Assembly: GCA_964537715.1 (NCBI GenBank)
Contig: CAZIAH010000002.1
Span: 536-64,535, forward strand
Length of the DNA: 64,000 nucleotides
DNA from: an uncultured bacterium
GTDB lineage: Bacteria; Zhuqueibacterota; QNDG01; DSAB01
Direction of reading: 5' to 3'
The notes beneath the pieces were generated by a model. That model ran no database searches. It saw only the letters and a program-made list of their open reading frames with translations, and had not been told where the DNA came from. Shown here piece by piece: positions 38,626-49,225 of the stretch; positions within the stretch are counted from its first letter, which is position 1; the number at the start of each line of letters is the position of its first letter. A program made the translations under genes and the position numbers.

Positions 38626-39891
38626 TTGGGAGCTTTTCATTCTGTAATACTGGATGCGCTGTTTCTTTTTGCCGTTTCGGTGATTTGGATGATGATTCTT
38701 TATCAGCTCGTGATGAGTTTTTGGGGTTATCGGTACTATCGTTCGACAAGGATAAAGGAACCCGATAAACCGCATTCCCGGGAGGCACTGCCGAGCGTCA
38801 GTATTTTAATTCCGGCCAGAAATGAGGAAGTCGTTATTAAAACGACATTAAATCATATTTTATCGATGGATTATCCTGAGGATAAGATGGAAGTGATTCT
38901 TATTAATGATGGATCCACGGATAAGACGGCTATGGAAGTGGAATCGGTTTCAGCCCGATATCCACAGGTAAGGATGGTGCATCTGTCTGGTGTAAATGCC
39001 GGAAAGGGGAAAGCCCATGCTCTGAATTTTGGTCTTAAAAGTGCCCGAAACGACCTTATCGCAGTTTATGATGCCGATAATTGTCCGGAGCCATCCTCAC
39101 TAAGGATTTTGGTTATGGATTTGATTTCAAATGATCATATCGGAGCCGTTATCGGGAAGTTCCGTACACTGAATAAAAAGAAAAATTTACTGACCCGTTT
39201 TATCAATATTGAAACATTGAGTTTTCAGTGGATACTGCAGGCCGGTAGGTATCTCGGCTTTGGTATTACCATTCTTCCCGGCACCAATTTTGTGATCCGA
39301 AGAGAGGTTTTGGATGCGTGTAAAGGGTGGGATGAGGATGCGATCACGGAAGATTCGGAATTAAGCGTACGCGTTTACCAGAAAGGCTGGAAAATGAAAT
39401 TTGTTCCCGCAGCAGTAACATGGGAACAGGAGCCGGAAAAATGGTCGGTCTGGGTCAGACAACGTACACGATGGGTTCGGGGAAACAATTATGTGATAAA
39501 GAAATTTCTTAAACAAGCATTAAGGCTGAAGAACCGGTTTTTAATGCTGGAATTTCTCCATCTTTTTATACTGTACTATCTTTTTTTAGGGGCTATTATT
39601 GTATCCCATCTTTTTTTCTTGCTTTGCGGTCTGGGCATTCTTTCAGTTACTGTACCCGGTCCGTATACGGCGGTCTGGATTTCTGCATTTCTGCTCTACC
39701 TTTTGGAAATCATTTTGGTGTTATCTTTTGAGAATGAAGATTCTCTGATCAATATTTTCTGTATTGCCTTGATGTATTTTACCTACTGTCAGATGTGGAT
39801 ATACGTGGTTTTCAAAGCATTTTATATGGATTTTATGAAAAAACGGGTGGGAGTCTGGGATAAGACCGAAAGGGTACTCCATGTCAATTAG
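38626..39891 (+). CDS. Processive GT2 polysaccharide synthase, B. subtilis YdaM-like
   Basis: VSILIPARNEE, INDGSTD, GKGKAHALN, VYDADN, LLTRFINIETLSFQW, PGTNFVIRR, ITEDSEL, TWEQEPE, RQRTRW, W.KTER tail. Confidence 0.9.
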   Translation: MGAFHSVILDALFLFAVSVIWMMILYQLVMSFWGYRYYRSTRIKEPDKPHSREALPSVSILIPARNEEVVIKTTLNHILSMDYPEDKMEVILINDGSTDKTAMEVESVSARYPQVRMVHLSGVNAGKGKAHALNFGLKSARNDLIAVYDADNCPEPSSLRILVMDLISNDHIGAVIGKFRTLNKKKNLLTRFINIETLSFQWILQAGRYLGFGITILPGTNFVIRREVLDACKGWDEDAITEDSELSVRVYQKGWKMKFVPAAVTWEQEPEKWSVWVRQRTRWVRGNNYVIKKFLKQALRLKNRFLMLEFLHLFILYYLFLGAIIVSHLFFLLCGLGILSVTVPGPYTAVWISAFLLYLLEIILVLSFENEDSLINIFCIALMYFTYCQMWIYVVFKAFYMDFMKKRVGVWDKTERVLHVN

Positions 39892-39912
39892 TGTCAGTGG
39901 ATTGTTCAATAG

Positions 39913-40785
39913 ATGAGAAAAAGAACTGAAATCATTTGTGCAACAGTTATTTTGTGTTGTTTTGCCAGGACGCCAATTTTCACCCAGGAAACAGCGCCTC
40001 CAGATTCCTTGATGAAAGGAAAAAACCAGAAAAAAATGCATATCAAACTCTGGGGGGAATTGTACAACGAATCGATTTCATTTTACAAATTGAACAATAA
40101 TTTTATTTCATGTTCGCATATCAGGCAGGGAATAAAAATGTACCGGGAGTCCAAAATATGTCTTGAAACGTACTTTCTGTTTCGCTACGGGAAAGATCTT
40201 AATCATGATTTCTGGAATAATAAAATAGAGACCGGACTCGGATTTCGGTTAAGGTGGTTTCAGAGTATATTTTTAGCGGTTTATCTGGAATGGATAAAGG
40301 GATATTACCTGGATATGCTGGAGGAATATGCACTATATAGTTCTGAGAATTATCATGATTTTCGTACGGGTTTGATATTCTGGTACGGCTGGGACCGAAA
40401 AATCATAGAATATCCACCGGAGAATTTCCCTTTTAATTATTGGGGTGAACTGTACAGTGATGTAAGTTATTATCGGTCACAGCGAAACAATGTGATTGGA
40501 TATTTCAGTGCTAAGATCGGATTGAGGCCGTTGAAATTATGGCAGGCAACTCTCGATTGTTACGGAACTGCCTATCTGTATAAAGATGTGAATAAGGATT
40601 TCTGGAATAATAAAATAGAGTACGGACCTGGATTTTGGATCCGGCCGTATTATGATTTGAGTTTGAAACTGTATATCGAGTGGCTCTGGGGCAACTATTT
40701 CGGTGTAGAAGGTTTGGATCCGAATCCCTACGATCAGAATTACTGGGACAGAAGAATGGGAATTATATTATGGATCGGATGGTAA
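39913..40785 (+). CDS. Putative outer-membrane beta-barrel built from two homologous halves
   Basis: Signal peptide; aromatic amphipathic strands; repeated WGELY...DFWNNKIE.G.G...YLEW...G(L/I)..W.GW; terminal Trp. Confidence 0.65.
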   Translation: MRKRTEIICATVILCCFARTPIFTQETAPPDSLMKGKNQKKMHIKLWGELYNESISFYKLNNNFISCSHIRQGIKMYRESKICLETYFLFRYGKDLNHDFWNNKIETGLGFRLRWFQSIFLAVYLEWIKGYYLDMLEEYALYSSENYHDFRTGLIFWYGWDRKIIEYPPENFPFNYWGELYSDVSYYRSQRNNVIGYFSAKIGLRPLKLWQATLDCYGTAYLYKDVNKDFWNNKIEYGPGFWIRPYYDLSLKLYIEWLWGNYFGVEGLDPNPYDQNYWDRRMGIILWIGW

Positions 40786-40798
40786 CTAGGAGGAAAAT

Positions 40799-42361
40799 GT
40801 GAAATTACATTCATACATCTCTGCAATAGGTGTATTCACATTTGTATTTTCTATAAGCAGCATACTGATGGGGCAGAATGGAGGGGAATTAATATGGCAG
40901 TCTTCGACTGACTGGATTGTCAATTCGATTGCTCCGACCAACGATGCAAACGGGGATGGAATTTCGGATGTTTTTGTCGGTTCGGCAGATTATCGGGCTT
41001 ACTGTTTTTCGGGTGATGGAAGTGGTATTGTCTGGTCCTGGAATTTTGGGGCCGAAGTGAAAACAGTCGCCAGTATTCCAGATATCAATGGAGATGGTGT
41101 GGATGACTGTCTTGCAGGAGGACTGGCCAATACCGTTTATTGTATGTCCGGGAAACCGGATCACAAGGGATTGACAGAAATCCTTTGGTCTCAACCAGTG
41201 GATTGGCATGTTTGGTCACTGGCCACGATCGGGGATATTGATGGTGACGGAATTCGTGAATGTCTGTCAGGTGCCGGGGATAATATGGTTTGCTGTTTTG
41301 ATGGTGCCTATGGAGATTTGTTGTGGTCTTATATGGATACTGCAGACATATTGACTGTTCATGCTATTTCTGACGTCAACAAGGACGGGTACGAAGATTG
41401 TCTGGCCGGTGGACACGGGAACAGAGTGCTCTGTATTTCAGGTGCAAGTGAAGGGAACGGAGAACTCCTCTGGCATTATATGATTTTCCCGCCTGAAGGG
41501 ACTTCTGTGTTATCTGTTGCACCCATTGCAGATGTGAATGGGGATGGGGTTGCAGACTGTCTGGCGAGCGGATTGCACGAGCTCGTCTACTGTATTTCGG
41601 GGGCAAGCAGCGGACAGGCAGATCTCATCTGGAGTTATCCGACCGGAGCAAATGTGCTCTCTGTGGCGTCGATCTCGGATGTGAATGGGGATGGGTTTTC
41701 CGATTGCCTGGCCGGTGGAGAGAGTGACAAGGTGTTTTGTATCTCAGGCCATACAGGCACATTAATTTGGTCATTTCCCACTGCGGGAACCGTATACGAC
41801 GTGAATCACATTTCAGATGTCAATGGAGATGGTTTTGAAGATTGTATTGCCGGTGGAGCAGGCAATATGGTACATTGTATCAATGGGAAATCGGGGAGCC
41901 GATTGTGGGAATACGAAAACGAGGATGGAGGAACGGTTCGATGTGTGGCTGCTATCCCGGATCTCAATAGCAATGGTATTCACGATGTTGTCGCAGGAAC
42001 TGATGGCAGTTTGGTCTATGCCATAGAAGGAGGAACCAGTACAACTGAGGTACTGTCTGGTACTCCTGTATCTGATAAACCGGTTCAGTATCAACTTTTG
42101 CAGAATTATCCGAATCCTTTTAATCAAACGACCATGATTTCTGTTCTTTTACCTGAAAAAAGCGAGATCAGATTGGATGTTTTTAACTTGAATGGAGAAT
42201 TGGTATCCACACCGATTGTGGGTCCTTTTCCTGCGGGGAAACATCAAATTCGTTGGAACGGAGAGGGCCTGAACGGAGGGTCGTTATCGTCTGGATGTTA
42301 TCTGTATCGATTAAAGACCGATGCTTTTTCTTCTGTAAAGAGGATGACACTGATCAAATAG
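40799..42361 (+). CDS. Secreted FG-GAP/PQQ-like beta-propeller protein with CTD
   Basis: RBS AGGAGG, GTG start; 8 repeats D(V/I)NGDG..DCLAG...VYC.SG...W; QNYPNPFNQTT CTD. Confidence 0.85.
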   Translation: MKLHSYISAIGVFTFVFSISSILMGQNGGELIWQSSTDWIVNSIAPTNDANGDGISDVFVGSADYRAYCFSGDGSGIVWSWNFGAEVKTVASIPDINGDGVDDCLAGGLANTVYCMSGKPDHKGLTEILWSQPVDWHVWSLATIGDIDGDGIRECLSGAGDNMVCCFDGAYGDLLWSYMDTADILTVHAISDVNKDGYEDCLAGGHGNRVLCISGASEGNGELLWHYMIFPPEGTSVLSVAPIADVNGDGVADCLASGLHELVYCISGASSGQADLIWSYPTGANVLSVASISDVNGDGFSDCLAGGESDKVFCISGHTGTLIWSFPTAGTVYDVNHISDVNGDGFEDCIAGGAGNMVHCINGKSGSRLWEYENEDGGTVRCVAAIPDLNSNGIHDVVAGTDGSLVYAIEGGTSTTEVLSGTPVSDKPVQYQLLQNYPNPFNQTTMISVLLPEKSEIRLDVFNLNGELVSTPIVGPFPAGKHQIRWNGEGLNGGSLSSGCYLYRLKTDAFSSVKRMTLIK

Positions 42362-42378
42362 GTTTTTAAGGAAATGCA

Positions 42379-45234
42379 ATGATTGACCGGTTGAAATTGT
42401 TTGTGTTTTGGCTTCGACAAGTTCGATTTATCTCAATAGTATGCCTTTCCATTCTCCTTGTAGAATTGATTTATGCACAGGAGCCTGGGGATCTGATCTG
42501 GAAATCTACCACAGGCTGGAAAGTTCGTGATGTATCGTCAGCTGGCGATGTGAACAATGACGGCATTGCCGATGTTTTTGTCGCTTCTGGCAGTGATATG
42601 GTGATTTGTTTTTCAGGCGGCGGAATCAATAAAGGAGAGATTTTGTGGACCTGGCCAATTCCAAATGATGTTTGGTCGGTTACAAACATATCCGATGTCA
42701 ATCATGACGGTGTTGAAGATTGTCTTGCAGGTGGAGGCGATAACCATGTTTATTGTTTATCCGGGAAACCAGAAAACGGATCGACTCATGAAATTTGGAA
42801 ACAGCCGGTTTTTGGAGATGTTTGGATAGTAGCCCGGATTGGTGATCTCGATAACGATGGTATCAATGATTGCCTTGCGGGTTCTGGTGATGATCACGTA
42901 TACTGTTTCAGTGGATCCAGTGGTCTTCTGTTGTGGTCCTATACCGATGCTGCGGATATATTAACTGTTCATGCCATTCCAGATGTCAATGGCGATGGGA
43001 AAGAGGATTGTTTGGCCGGAGGGCATGGGAATCGGGTTTTATGTATATCAGGCGGAAGTTCTGTCACAGGAGAGTTGCTCTGGCACTATACCCTCTATGC
43101 GCCGGTCGGCGCTTCTGTTCTGTCTGTGTCTCCGATTGAAGATATGAACGGAGATGGCATTACAGATTGTCTGGCAGGCGGATTGAATGAGGCGGTTTAT
43201 TGTATCTCCGGCGGAAGCAGTGATCAGGCAAATTTGATATGGATTTATCCAACCGAAGCGAATGTGCTCTCCGTTGCCTCGATATCAGATGTGAATGGAG
43301 ACGGATTTTCGGACGGCCTGGCTGGTGGATTGGACGATAAAGTATTTTGTATTTCTGGGCATTCAGGTGAATTGGTCTGGTCATATCCCACAAATGAAAC
43401 CGTGTTTGATGTGGCCGTAATTCCGGATGTCAATTATGACGGTATCAACGATTGTATCGCGGGTGGTGGTGATAATCAAATACATTGTATTGACGGTAAA
43501 CTGGGGGATAAACTGTGGTCCTCCTCGACTGTGGGATCTGTTTTAAAGGTCACAGCCGTTGCTGATTTAAATGGGAATAGTATAAACGATGTCATCGGCG
43601 GATCGGATGACAGCTATGTTTATGTGTTTGAAGGCGGTGAATTCATTATTGAAACTGTGGATGTACCTACAGTACCAGCGGGGCCTGATGCCGGGAAAGT
43701 AGGCGCCAATTTGGCATTCACCACAGAGAATGCAACCAGCAATTTAGGGCATTCCCTTGAATACCATTTTGATTGGGGAGACGGTACTTTCTCTGATTGG
43801 GGAGACGTTTCTCAGAGCCATTTATATAATAATGTTGGCAGTTATTCCATTAAAGTTCAGGCCCGCTGTCAGATCCATAAAAGTGTTATTTCAAACTGGT
43901 CTGCCGGCCACGATATTTCAATTTCCGGTCATCAATTAAATATTTCATTTGTGGGTTCCGGGAATGTGACCAAAAATCCAGATAAAGATGCATACAATCA
44001 CAATGAGAGTGTGGTTCTGAATCCTGTTCCATCCGCTGATTATCAATTTGACCATTGGGAAGGCGATTTAACAGGAAGTACTTTTCCTGAGACATTGGTC
44101 ATGAACGGAGACAAATCGGTCATTGTCCATTTTACACAGACTTCTGAAATCATATCTACGCCCAACGAACCCGAAGGAGTTTCACAAGGGAATGTCGGGG
44201 AAGTGTTGGCGTTTATCACGGGAGGGGCAAAAAGCAATCTGGATCATCCAGTGGCATATCGCTTTGATTGGGGAGATGGGTCTTATTCTGAGTGGGGAGA
44301 TTCGGTTCAAACAAACAGCTGGGCTCAAATCGGTTTGTACACCGTTAAGGCTCAGGCTCGCTGTAAAGACCATCCGAGTGTTATTTCAAATTGGTCTGCC
44401 GGCCACGATATTTCAATTTCTGGTCATCAATTAAATATTTCAATTGTGGGATACGGGAGCGTGACCAAGAATCCAGATAAGGATGCATACAATCACAATG
44501 AGAATGTGGCACTGAATCCTGTTCCATCCGCTGATTATCAATTTGACCATTGGGAAGGCGATTTGTCCGGAAATGGTTGTCCTGATACATTGATTATGAA
44601 TGGGAATAAATCGGTTACCGTTTATTTTTTACAAATTCCTGAAGTTGTTTCAGCACCCGATATTCTCCAGGGCACTTCCACAGGGAATGTTGGAGAAATG
44701 TTAACATTTATCACAGGAGGGGCGAAAAGCAGCCTCAATCATTCTGTTGACTATCGGTTTGATTGGGGAGATGGGTCGTTTTCTGATTGGGGGGACTCAG
44801 TTCAAGCGAACAGCTGGGATCAAATCGGTACATACATCGTTAAAGCACAGGCGCACTGTTCGGATCATACTTCTGTGGAGAGTGACTGGTCTTTTGGTAT
44901 GACAGTCCAGGTCAGTACAACAGGGGTTGAATCTATCGGGACCGATCAGATCCCGACAAGATTTTATCTTTCTCAGAACTATCCGAATCCGTTCAATAAT
45001 GCGACATCCGTTGAATTTCATATACCCCGTATTTGTCGTCTGCAAATTCAACTGTTTAATATCTATGGAGAAGAAATTAGGGTATTGGTTGAAGGGTATT
45101 ATTCACCAGGAATTTATCGGGTTATCTGGGATGGTAAAAATACGTCTGGGGTGACTGTCTCTTCAGGAATATATACGTATCGTTTAATCACCGATCAATT
45201 GATTACTTCTAGAACATTGCTTCTTCTCAGGTAA
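42379..45234 (+). CDS. Paralogous propeller protein with 3 PKD-like and 2 InlB-B-repeat-like domains and CTD
   Basis: 8 propeller repeats; Y.FDWGDG.FS.W x3; G.G.VTKNPDKDAYNHNE.V.L...P.ADYQFDHWEGDL x2, near-identical at DNA level (~43880-44075 vs ~44378-44570); QNYPNPFNNAT. Confidence 0.85.
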   Translation: MIDRLKLFVFWLRQVRFISIVCLSILLVELIYAQEPGDLIWKSTTGWKVRDVSSAGDVNNDGIADVFVASGSDMVICFSGGGINKGEILWTWPIPNDVWSVTNISDVNHDGVEDCLAGGGDNHVYCLSGKPENGSTHEIWKQPVFGDVWIVARIGDLDNDGINDCLAGSGDDHVYCFSGSSGLLLWSYTDAADILTVHAIPDVNGDGKEDCLAGGHGNRVLCISGGSSVTGELLWHYTLYAPVGASVLSVSPIEDMNGDGITDCLAGGLNEAVYCISGGSSDQANLIWIYPTEANVLSVASISDVNGDGFSDGLAGGLDDKVFCISGHSGELVWSYPTNETVFDVAVIPDVNYDGINDCIAGGGDNQIHCIDGKLGDKLWSSSTVGSVLKVTAVADLNGNSINDVIGGSDDSYVYVFEGGEFIIETVDVPTVPAGPDAGKVGANLAFTTENATSNLGHSLEYHFDWGDGTFSDWGDVSQSHLYNNVGSYSIKVQARCQIHKSVISNWSAGHDISISGHQLNISFVGSGNVTKNPDKDAYNHNESVVLNPVPSADYQFDHWEGDLTGSTFPETLVMNGDKSVIVHFTQTSEIISTPNEPEGVSQGNVGEVLAFITGGAKSNLDHPVAYRFDWGDGSYSEWGDSVQTNSWAQIGLYTVKAQARCKDHPSVISNWSAGHDISISGHQLNISIVGYGSVTKNPDKDAYNHNENVALNPVPSADYQFDHWEGDLSGNGCPDTLIMNGNKSVTVYFLQIPEVVSAPDILQGTSTGNVGEMLTFITGGAKSSLNHSVDYRFDWGDGSFSDWGDSVQANSWDQIGTYIVKAQAHCSDHTSVESDWSFGMTVQVSTTGVESIGTDQIPTRFYLSQNYPNPFNNATSVEFHIPRICRLQIQLFNIYGEEIRVLVEGYYSPGIYRVIWDGKNTSGVTVSSGIYTYRLITDQLITSRTLLLLR

Positions 45235-45265
45235 ATGTTATAAACAAAATTTTCCTGACGGTGTA

Positions 45266-47182
45266 TTATTTTTTCAAGGTATCATGGACTTTTTGTAGTA
45301 AATCAGCCAGATTGAATGGTTTCTGCAGTAATTCAAAATTTTCTTTTTGAATATCGGACCATTTTGAGCTGTATTCCGGATAGCCACTGGTTAACAAAAT
45401 GCGAAGCCCCGGTTCGATGGCCAACAGCTTTTTTGCGAGCTCGACACCACTTCCGTCCGGCAGTACAACATCACTGAAAACCAGTTGAATGTTTCCTTTC
45501 TCTTTTTTGTATACATCCATTGCCTTTTTTAAACTGGACACAACAGATGTACGATAGCCACATCTTTCCAATGCTGTTTTCATATATTGCCGTACCTTGG
45601 TTTCGTCTTCAACCAGCAGAATGTGTTTTCCGTTGCCCTGTAACGATCTGACTGATAATTTTTTCTCTGGTTTAGTCTCTACTTTGTCTTCTATTGTTGG
45701 CAAATAGATTTTAATTGCTGTTCCGTGACCGGGTTCACTGATGGCTTCAATCCACCCAGTATGCTCTTTTACGATGCCATATACGACGGATAATCCGAGG
45801 CCTGTTCCTTTTCTGTCCTTTTTTGTTGTGAAGAAGGGATCAAAAATATGTTCAATTTTATTTGCATCCATGCCCGTCCCGTTATCGACTATGGAAAGAC
45901 AGACAAAACTGCCCGGGTATGATTCAGATTTACCCTTTGTTTGAGTTTCATGGAAATGGACTTCTTCTGTTTTAATGGTCAGGTTGCCGCCTTCGGGCAT
46001 GGCCTCTTTGGCATTAATCGCAAGATTTACAATAATCTGTTCCAGAGTTCCTTCATTGGCTTTAATATTTGAAATGTTATGTTTCAAGGATGTGTTGATT
46101 TGAATAGATTCTCCGATGATGCGATGCAGCATTGTCATTAAATTGTTAACGATACGATTGATATTAACAGGTTTAAAGGACATGGGCTGCATACGGCTGA
46201 ACAGAAGCAGTTTGCTGGTTAGTTCCGCTGCCCGCTGTGCTGATTCCTGAATTTCCGTAATATACTCATAGAGCGGATTGTCTTTTTTACAGCTTAAAAG
46301 AGCCAGATCAGTAGAACCCTGAATGGCCGTTAATAAATTATTAAAATCATGTGCTATGCCTCCGGCCAGCGTTCCTATCGCTTCCATTTTTTGTGCGTGC
46401 CGGAGTTGTTCTTCCAGATTCTTTTTTTCTCCGACGTCTCTGAATACCAGTACAACACCTTTCAGCTTTTTCTTTGAATCGAGAATTGGAGCTGCACTGT
46501 CCTCAATGGATACTCTTCTTCCATCTTTTGTGATCAGGATTGTATTATTCTGTAAATGTATGATGCTGTTATTTTTTAAAACTTGTGATACCGGATCTTC
46601 TAACTTGTTCTTATTTTTTTTATTAAAAATATTTAAGACTGTTTTAATGTCTTTACCCAGAACTTCTTTTTCCTGCCAGCCGGTTAAAGAGATTGCCTGT
46701 TGATTCATAAAGGTTACACGTCCCTTTGTATCGGTTGTTATGACTGCATCGCCGATACATTTCAGAGTTGTAGAAAACCATCGTTCACTCTCTTTTATTT
46801 TTTTTTCCATATCATTTTTGTAAAATGCTATCTCAAGAGTTGAACGGAGTTCCCTCTCCTCGATTGGTTTCAATATATAGCCGAACGGCTCGGTTAATTT
46901 TGCCCGCTGTATTGTATTATCATCTGAATAAGCAGAGAGATAGACGACCGGAATGTCAAATTGATTGTGAATGATCTTAGCAGCCTCAAATCCTTCCATG
47001 TTTTTACCTAGCATGATGTCCATCAGAACAAGATCGGGTGGCTCTTTTTTTACAGCGTCAATAGCCTGTTCTTTGGAGGAAACAGTATCTGTTACGGTAT
47101 AATTTAAAGACTCTAGTCTCACTTTAATCTCTGCTGCAATGATAAGTTCATCTTCAACAACAAGTATTTTTCGTTTTGCCAT
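45266..47182 (-). CDS. Hybrid histidine kinase REC-PAS-HisKA-HATPase-REC
   Basis: KILVVEDE...LVLMDIML; PAS IGDAVITTDTKGRVTFMN; AGGIAHDFNNLL; NLAINAKEAM, DNGTGM, FFTTK...GTGLGL; C-terminal ILLVEDE...FSDVVLP. Confidence 0.93.
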   Translation of the reverse strand: MAKRKILVVEDELIIAAEIKVRLESLNYTVTDTVSSKEQAIDAVKKEPPDLVLMDIMLGKNMEGFEAAKIIHNQFDIPVVYLSAYSDDNTIQRAKLTEPFGYILKPIEERELRSTLEIAFYKNDMEKKIKESERWFSTTLKCIGDAVITTDTKGRVTFMNQQAISLTGWQEKEVLGKDIKTVLNIFNKKNKNKLEDPVSQVLKNNSIIHLQNNTILITKDGRRVSIEDSAAPILDSKKKLKGVVLVFRDVGEKKNLEEQLRHAQKMEAIGTLAGGIAHDFNNLLTAIQGSTDLALLSCKKDNPLYEYITEIQESAQRAAELTSKLLLFSRMQPMSFKPVNINRIVNNLMTMLHRIIGESIQINTSLKHNISNIKANEGTLEQIIVNLAINAKEAMPEGGNLTIKTEEVHFHETQTKGKSESYPGSFVCLSIVDNGTGMDANKIEHIFDPFFTTKKDRKGTGLGLSVVYGIVKEHTGWIEAISEPGHGTAIKIYLPTIEDKVETKPEKKLSVRSLQGNGKHILLVEDETKVRQYMKTALERCGYRTSVVSSLKKAMDVYKKEKGNIQLVFSDVVLPDGSGVELAKKLLAIEPGLRILLTSGYPEYSSKWSDIQKENFELLQKPFNLADLLQKVHDTLKK

Positions 47183-47209
47183 TTGTCTTCTCTTATATTT
47201 AATTATAGA

Positions 47210-48631
47210 TTAAGTTTCAAATGTAATTTTATATTCTGTCCCCTCATCTCTGAGGAGATCTATGGTACCGTTCAATTGTTCGGTTAGCATGCCTACAAGT
47301 CTTAATCCCAATGTTTTTGCATTTTGTAATTTTACATTTTTGGGTAACCCTATACCATTATCTGCAACAGCAAGCCTCACTTTATTATGATTGATTGAAT
47401 CCATATTAATTTCTATATGACCTTTACGCTCATCTGAAAATGCGTATTTTAATGAGTTTGAAACAAGTTCGTTAATAATTAAACCGCACGGAATAGCTTT
47501 ATCAATACTGAGAGAAACATTTTCGACATGAACTCCGATATTGATTTTTTCGGCATTTATTTTATAAGATTCAGAAAGATAAGAAGTTAAATTTTTGATA
47601 TATTCTGAGAAGTCGATGTTCATAAAATCTTTTGAGCGATACAATTTCTCATGTATCAGTGCCATCGATTTAACGCGGTTCTGACTTTCATTAAACATTT
47701 CAAATGTTTCTTTGTCTCTGATTTTCCGGGACTGTAAATACAGAAGGCTGGAAATTACCTGCAGATTGTTTTTAACACGATGATGAATTTCTTTCAACAG
47801 AATGTCTTTTTCTTTAAGAGAGGCTTTGATCATTTTTCCCGCCCGTTTCCGTTCGGATAATTCTTTCTGAAGCTGCTGGGCCCGTTCTTCCAAATCAGTC
47901 TGTGCCTGTTTTAAGGCTATGTTCTGTTCATGGATTTGTCCCAGCATTTCGTTAAATCTTTCTGTGAGAAATCCCAGTTCATCCTCACTTGTTTTTTCCG
48001 CGCGTATCGTGTAATCTTTTTTTTGGGAAACCTTTTTTGCAACGTTTGCCAGGTGCAGAATGGGTTCGGATACAAAGCGCTGGAGTCTTGCAGTCAGAAT
48101 AAAACTGGCAAGAATAGAAATAAAAAGTACAAGCGTGATGATAAAAGCAAACCGTTTCAAGCGGGTGCGGATTTCACCCAGATTGGATTGAATGTAAACC
48201 TTGCCGATTCTTTCATTATCCAGGAAAATTTGCCGGAACAGAACAAGATGATTTTTCTTGAAATAACATCCATCTTCATTCGGTATCGGTGGCAGTGACT
48301 GTGTGTCCGAATCTGAGAGTTTATATTTTGCAAATAATTTGTCATCCTGATCGTAAATGGCGGCAAAGAGGATATTTTTTTCTGCTTTTAATAGGATGGC
48401 AAGTGTTTCCTGCGCATCATCCTCGTTGTCGAAAATCAGTGCGGCTGTGCTGTGATTGCCAATAATTTCTGCCAGTGTATTCAGCTTTTGCTTCATAACC
48501 TCTTTATAGGACACCTGGTCATAAAAAATAAATACTGTGCAGGCCAGCAACAATGCAGTACTGCTGATGATCATGGCAATAAATGTCAATTTTTGTTTGA
48601 TGAAAAGTTTATGAAACAAGCGTCTTCTCAT
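47210..48631 (-). CDS. Membrane sensor kinase: YfiN-type periplasmic domain, HAMP, HisKA_2/HATPase
   Basis: TM - [25 protein letters not shown]...AAIYD - TM - HAMP ([14 protein letters not shown]) - [17 protein letters not shown]...[12 protein letters not shown]...DNGIG. Confidence 0.9.
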   Translation of the reverse strand: MRRRLFHKLFIKQKLTFIAMIISSTALLLACTVFIFYDQVSYKEVMKQKLNTLAEIIGNHSTAALIFDNEDDAQETLAILLKAEKNILFAAIYDQDDKLFAKYKLSDSDTQSLPPIPNEDGCYFKKNHLVLFRQIFLDNERIGKVYIQSNLGEIRTRLKRFAFIITLVLFISILASFILTARLQRFVSEPILHLANVAKKVSQKKDYTIRAEKTSEDELGFLTERFNEMLGQIHEQNIALKQAQTDLEERAQQLQKELSERKRAGKMIKASLKEKDILLKEIHHRVKNNLQVISSLLYLQSRKIRDKETFEMFNESQNRVKSMALIHEKLYRSKDFMNIDFSEYIKNLTSYLSESYKINAEKINIGVHVENVSLSIDKAIPCGLIINELVSNSLKYAFSDERKGHIEINMDSINHNKVRLAVADNGIGLPKNVKLQNAKTLGLRLVGMLTEQLNGTIDLLRDEGTEYKITFET

Positions 48632-48646
48632 TTGGCATCACCATTG

Positions 48647-49225
48647 TCAGGAATCTATAATATCGGCCATCTTCAGGAGTTTTGTACTAATTTTTAATCC
48701 AGATTCTCTGGCTACTTTGGTGTTGATTTCAAACCGGATCTGCTCCTTTTTCTTGATAAAATTGATAATACCGCCATCCTGCGCAAAATTTGCCCTGTTG
48801 CCCACAGTGAGGATGCTTAATCCTCGGATTTTGTTCAGTATTCGAGTTTGATATTCTCTGTCGGTTAATCCAATAAACAGTATGTGACAATATTCGAGAT
48901 CCCTGATCGAGTTAAATCTTTTTACTGAAAAACTCCTATTTTTAATGTTTTTCCCTTCTACTGTTTTTTCAATTTCAATGCCGAAAGGATCCTGGCCAAT
49001 AATCCCGATAATATATGGAGAGGCCGAACCTTTAAAAACTTCCTGTGGCCAGTTTACATATCTGGTAAAGTTGTACAGATATTTTGCTTTTATCTGATAT
49101 TCCGTAGGGTAGACTGTAAATCCCATCTGACCATGTCCAGATTCAGCCAACAGGATGAAAAACATAAGATAAAACCATTTGAGTAATCGTTGCAATGTCC
49201 CTCTTTGATGCAAAATTCTGTTCAT
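48647..49225 (-). CDS. yfiR: YfiR family periplasmic protein (DUF4154)
   Basis: EYQIKAKYLYNFTRYVNWP, IGIIGQDPFG, CHILFI, ILTVG...GGIINF...FEIN...SGLKISTKLLKMA. Confidence 0.9.
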   Translation of the reverse strand: MNRILHQRGTLQRLLKWFYLMFFILLAESGHGQMGFTVYPTEYQIKAKYLYNFTRYVNWPQEVFKGSASPYIIGIIGQDPFGIEIEKTVEGKNIKNRSFSVKRFNSIRDLEYCHILFIGLTDREYQTRILNKIRGLSILTVGNRANFAQDGGIINFIKKKEQIRFEINTKVARESGLKISTKLLKMADIIDS

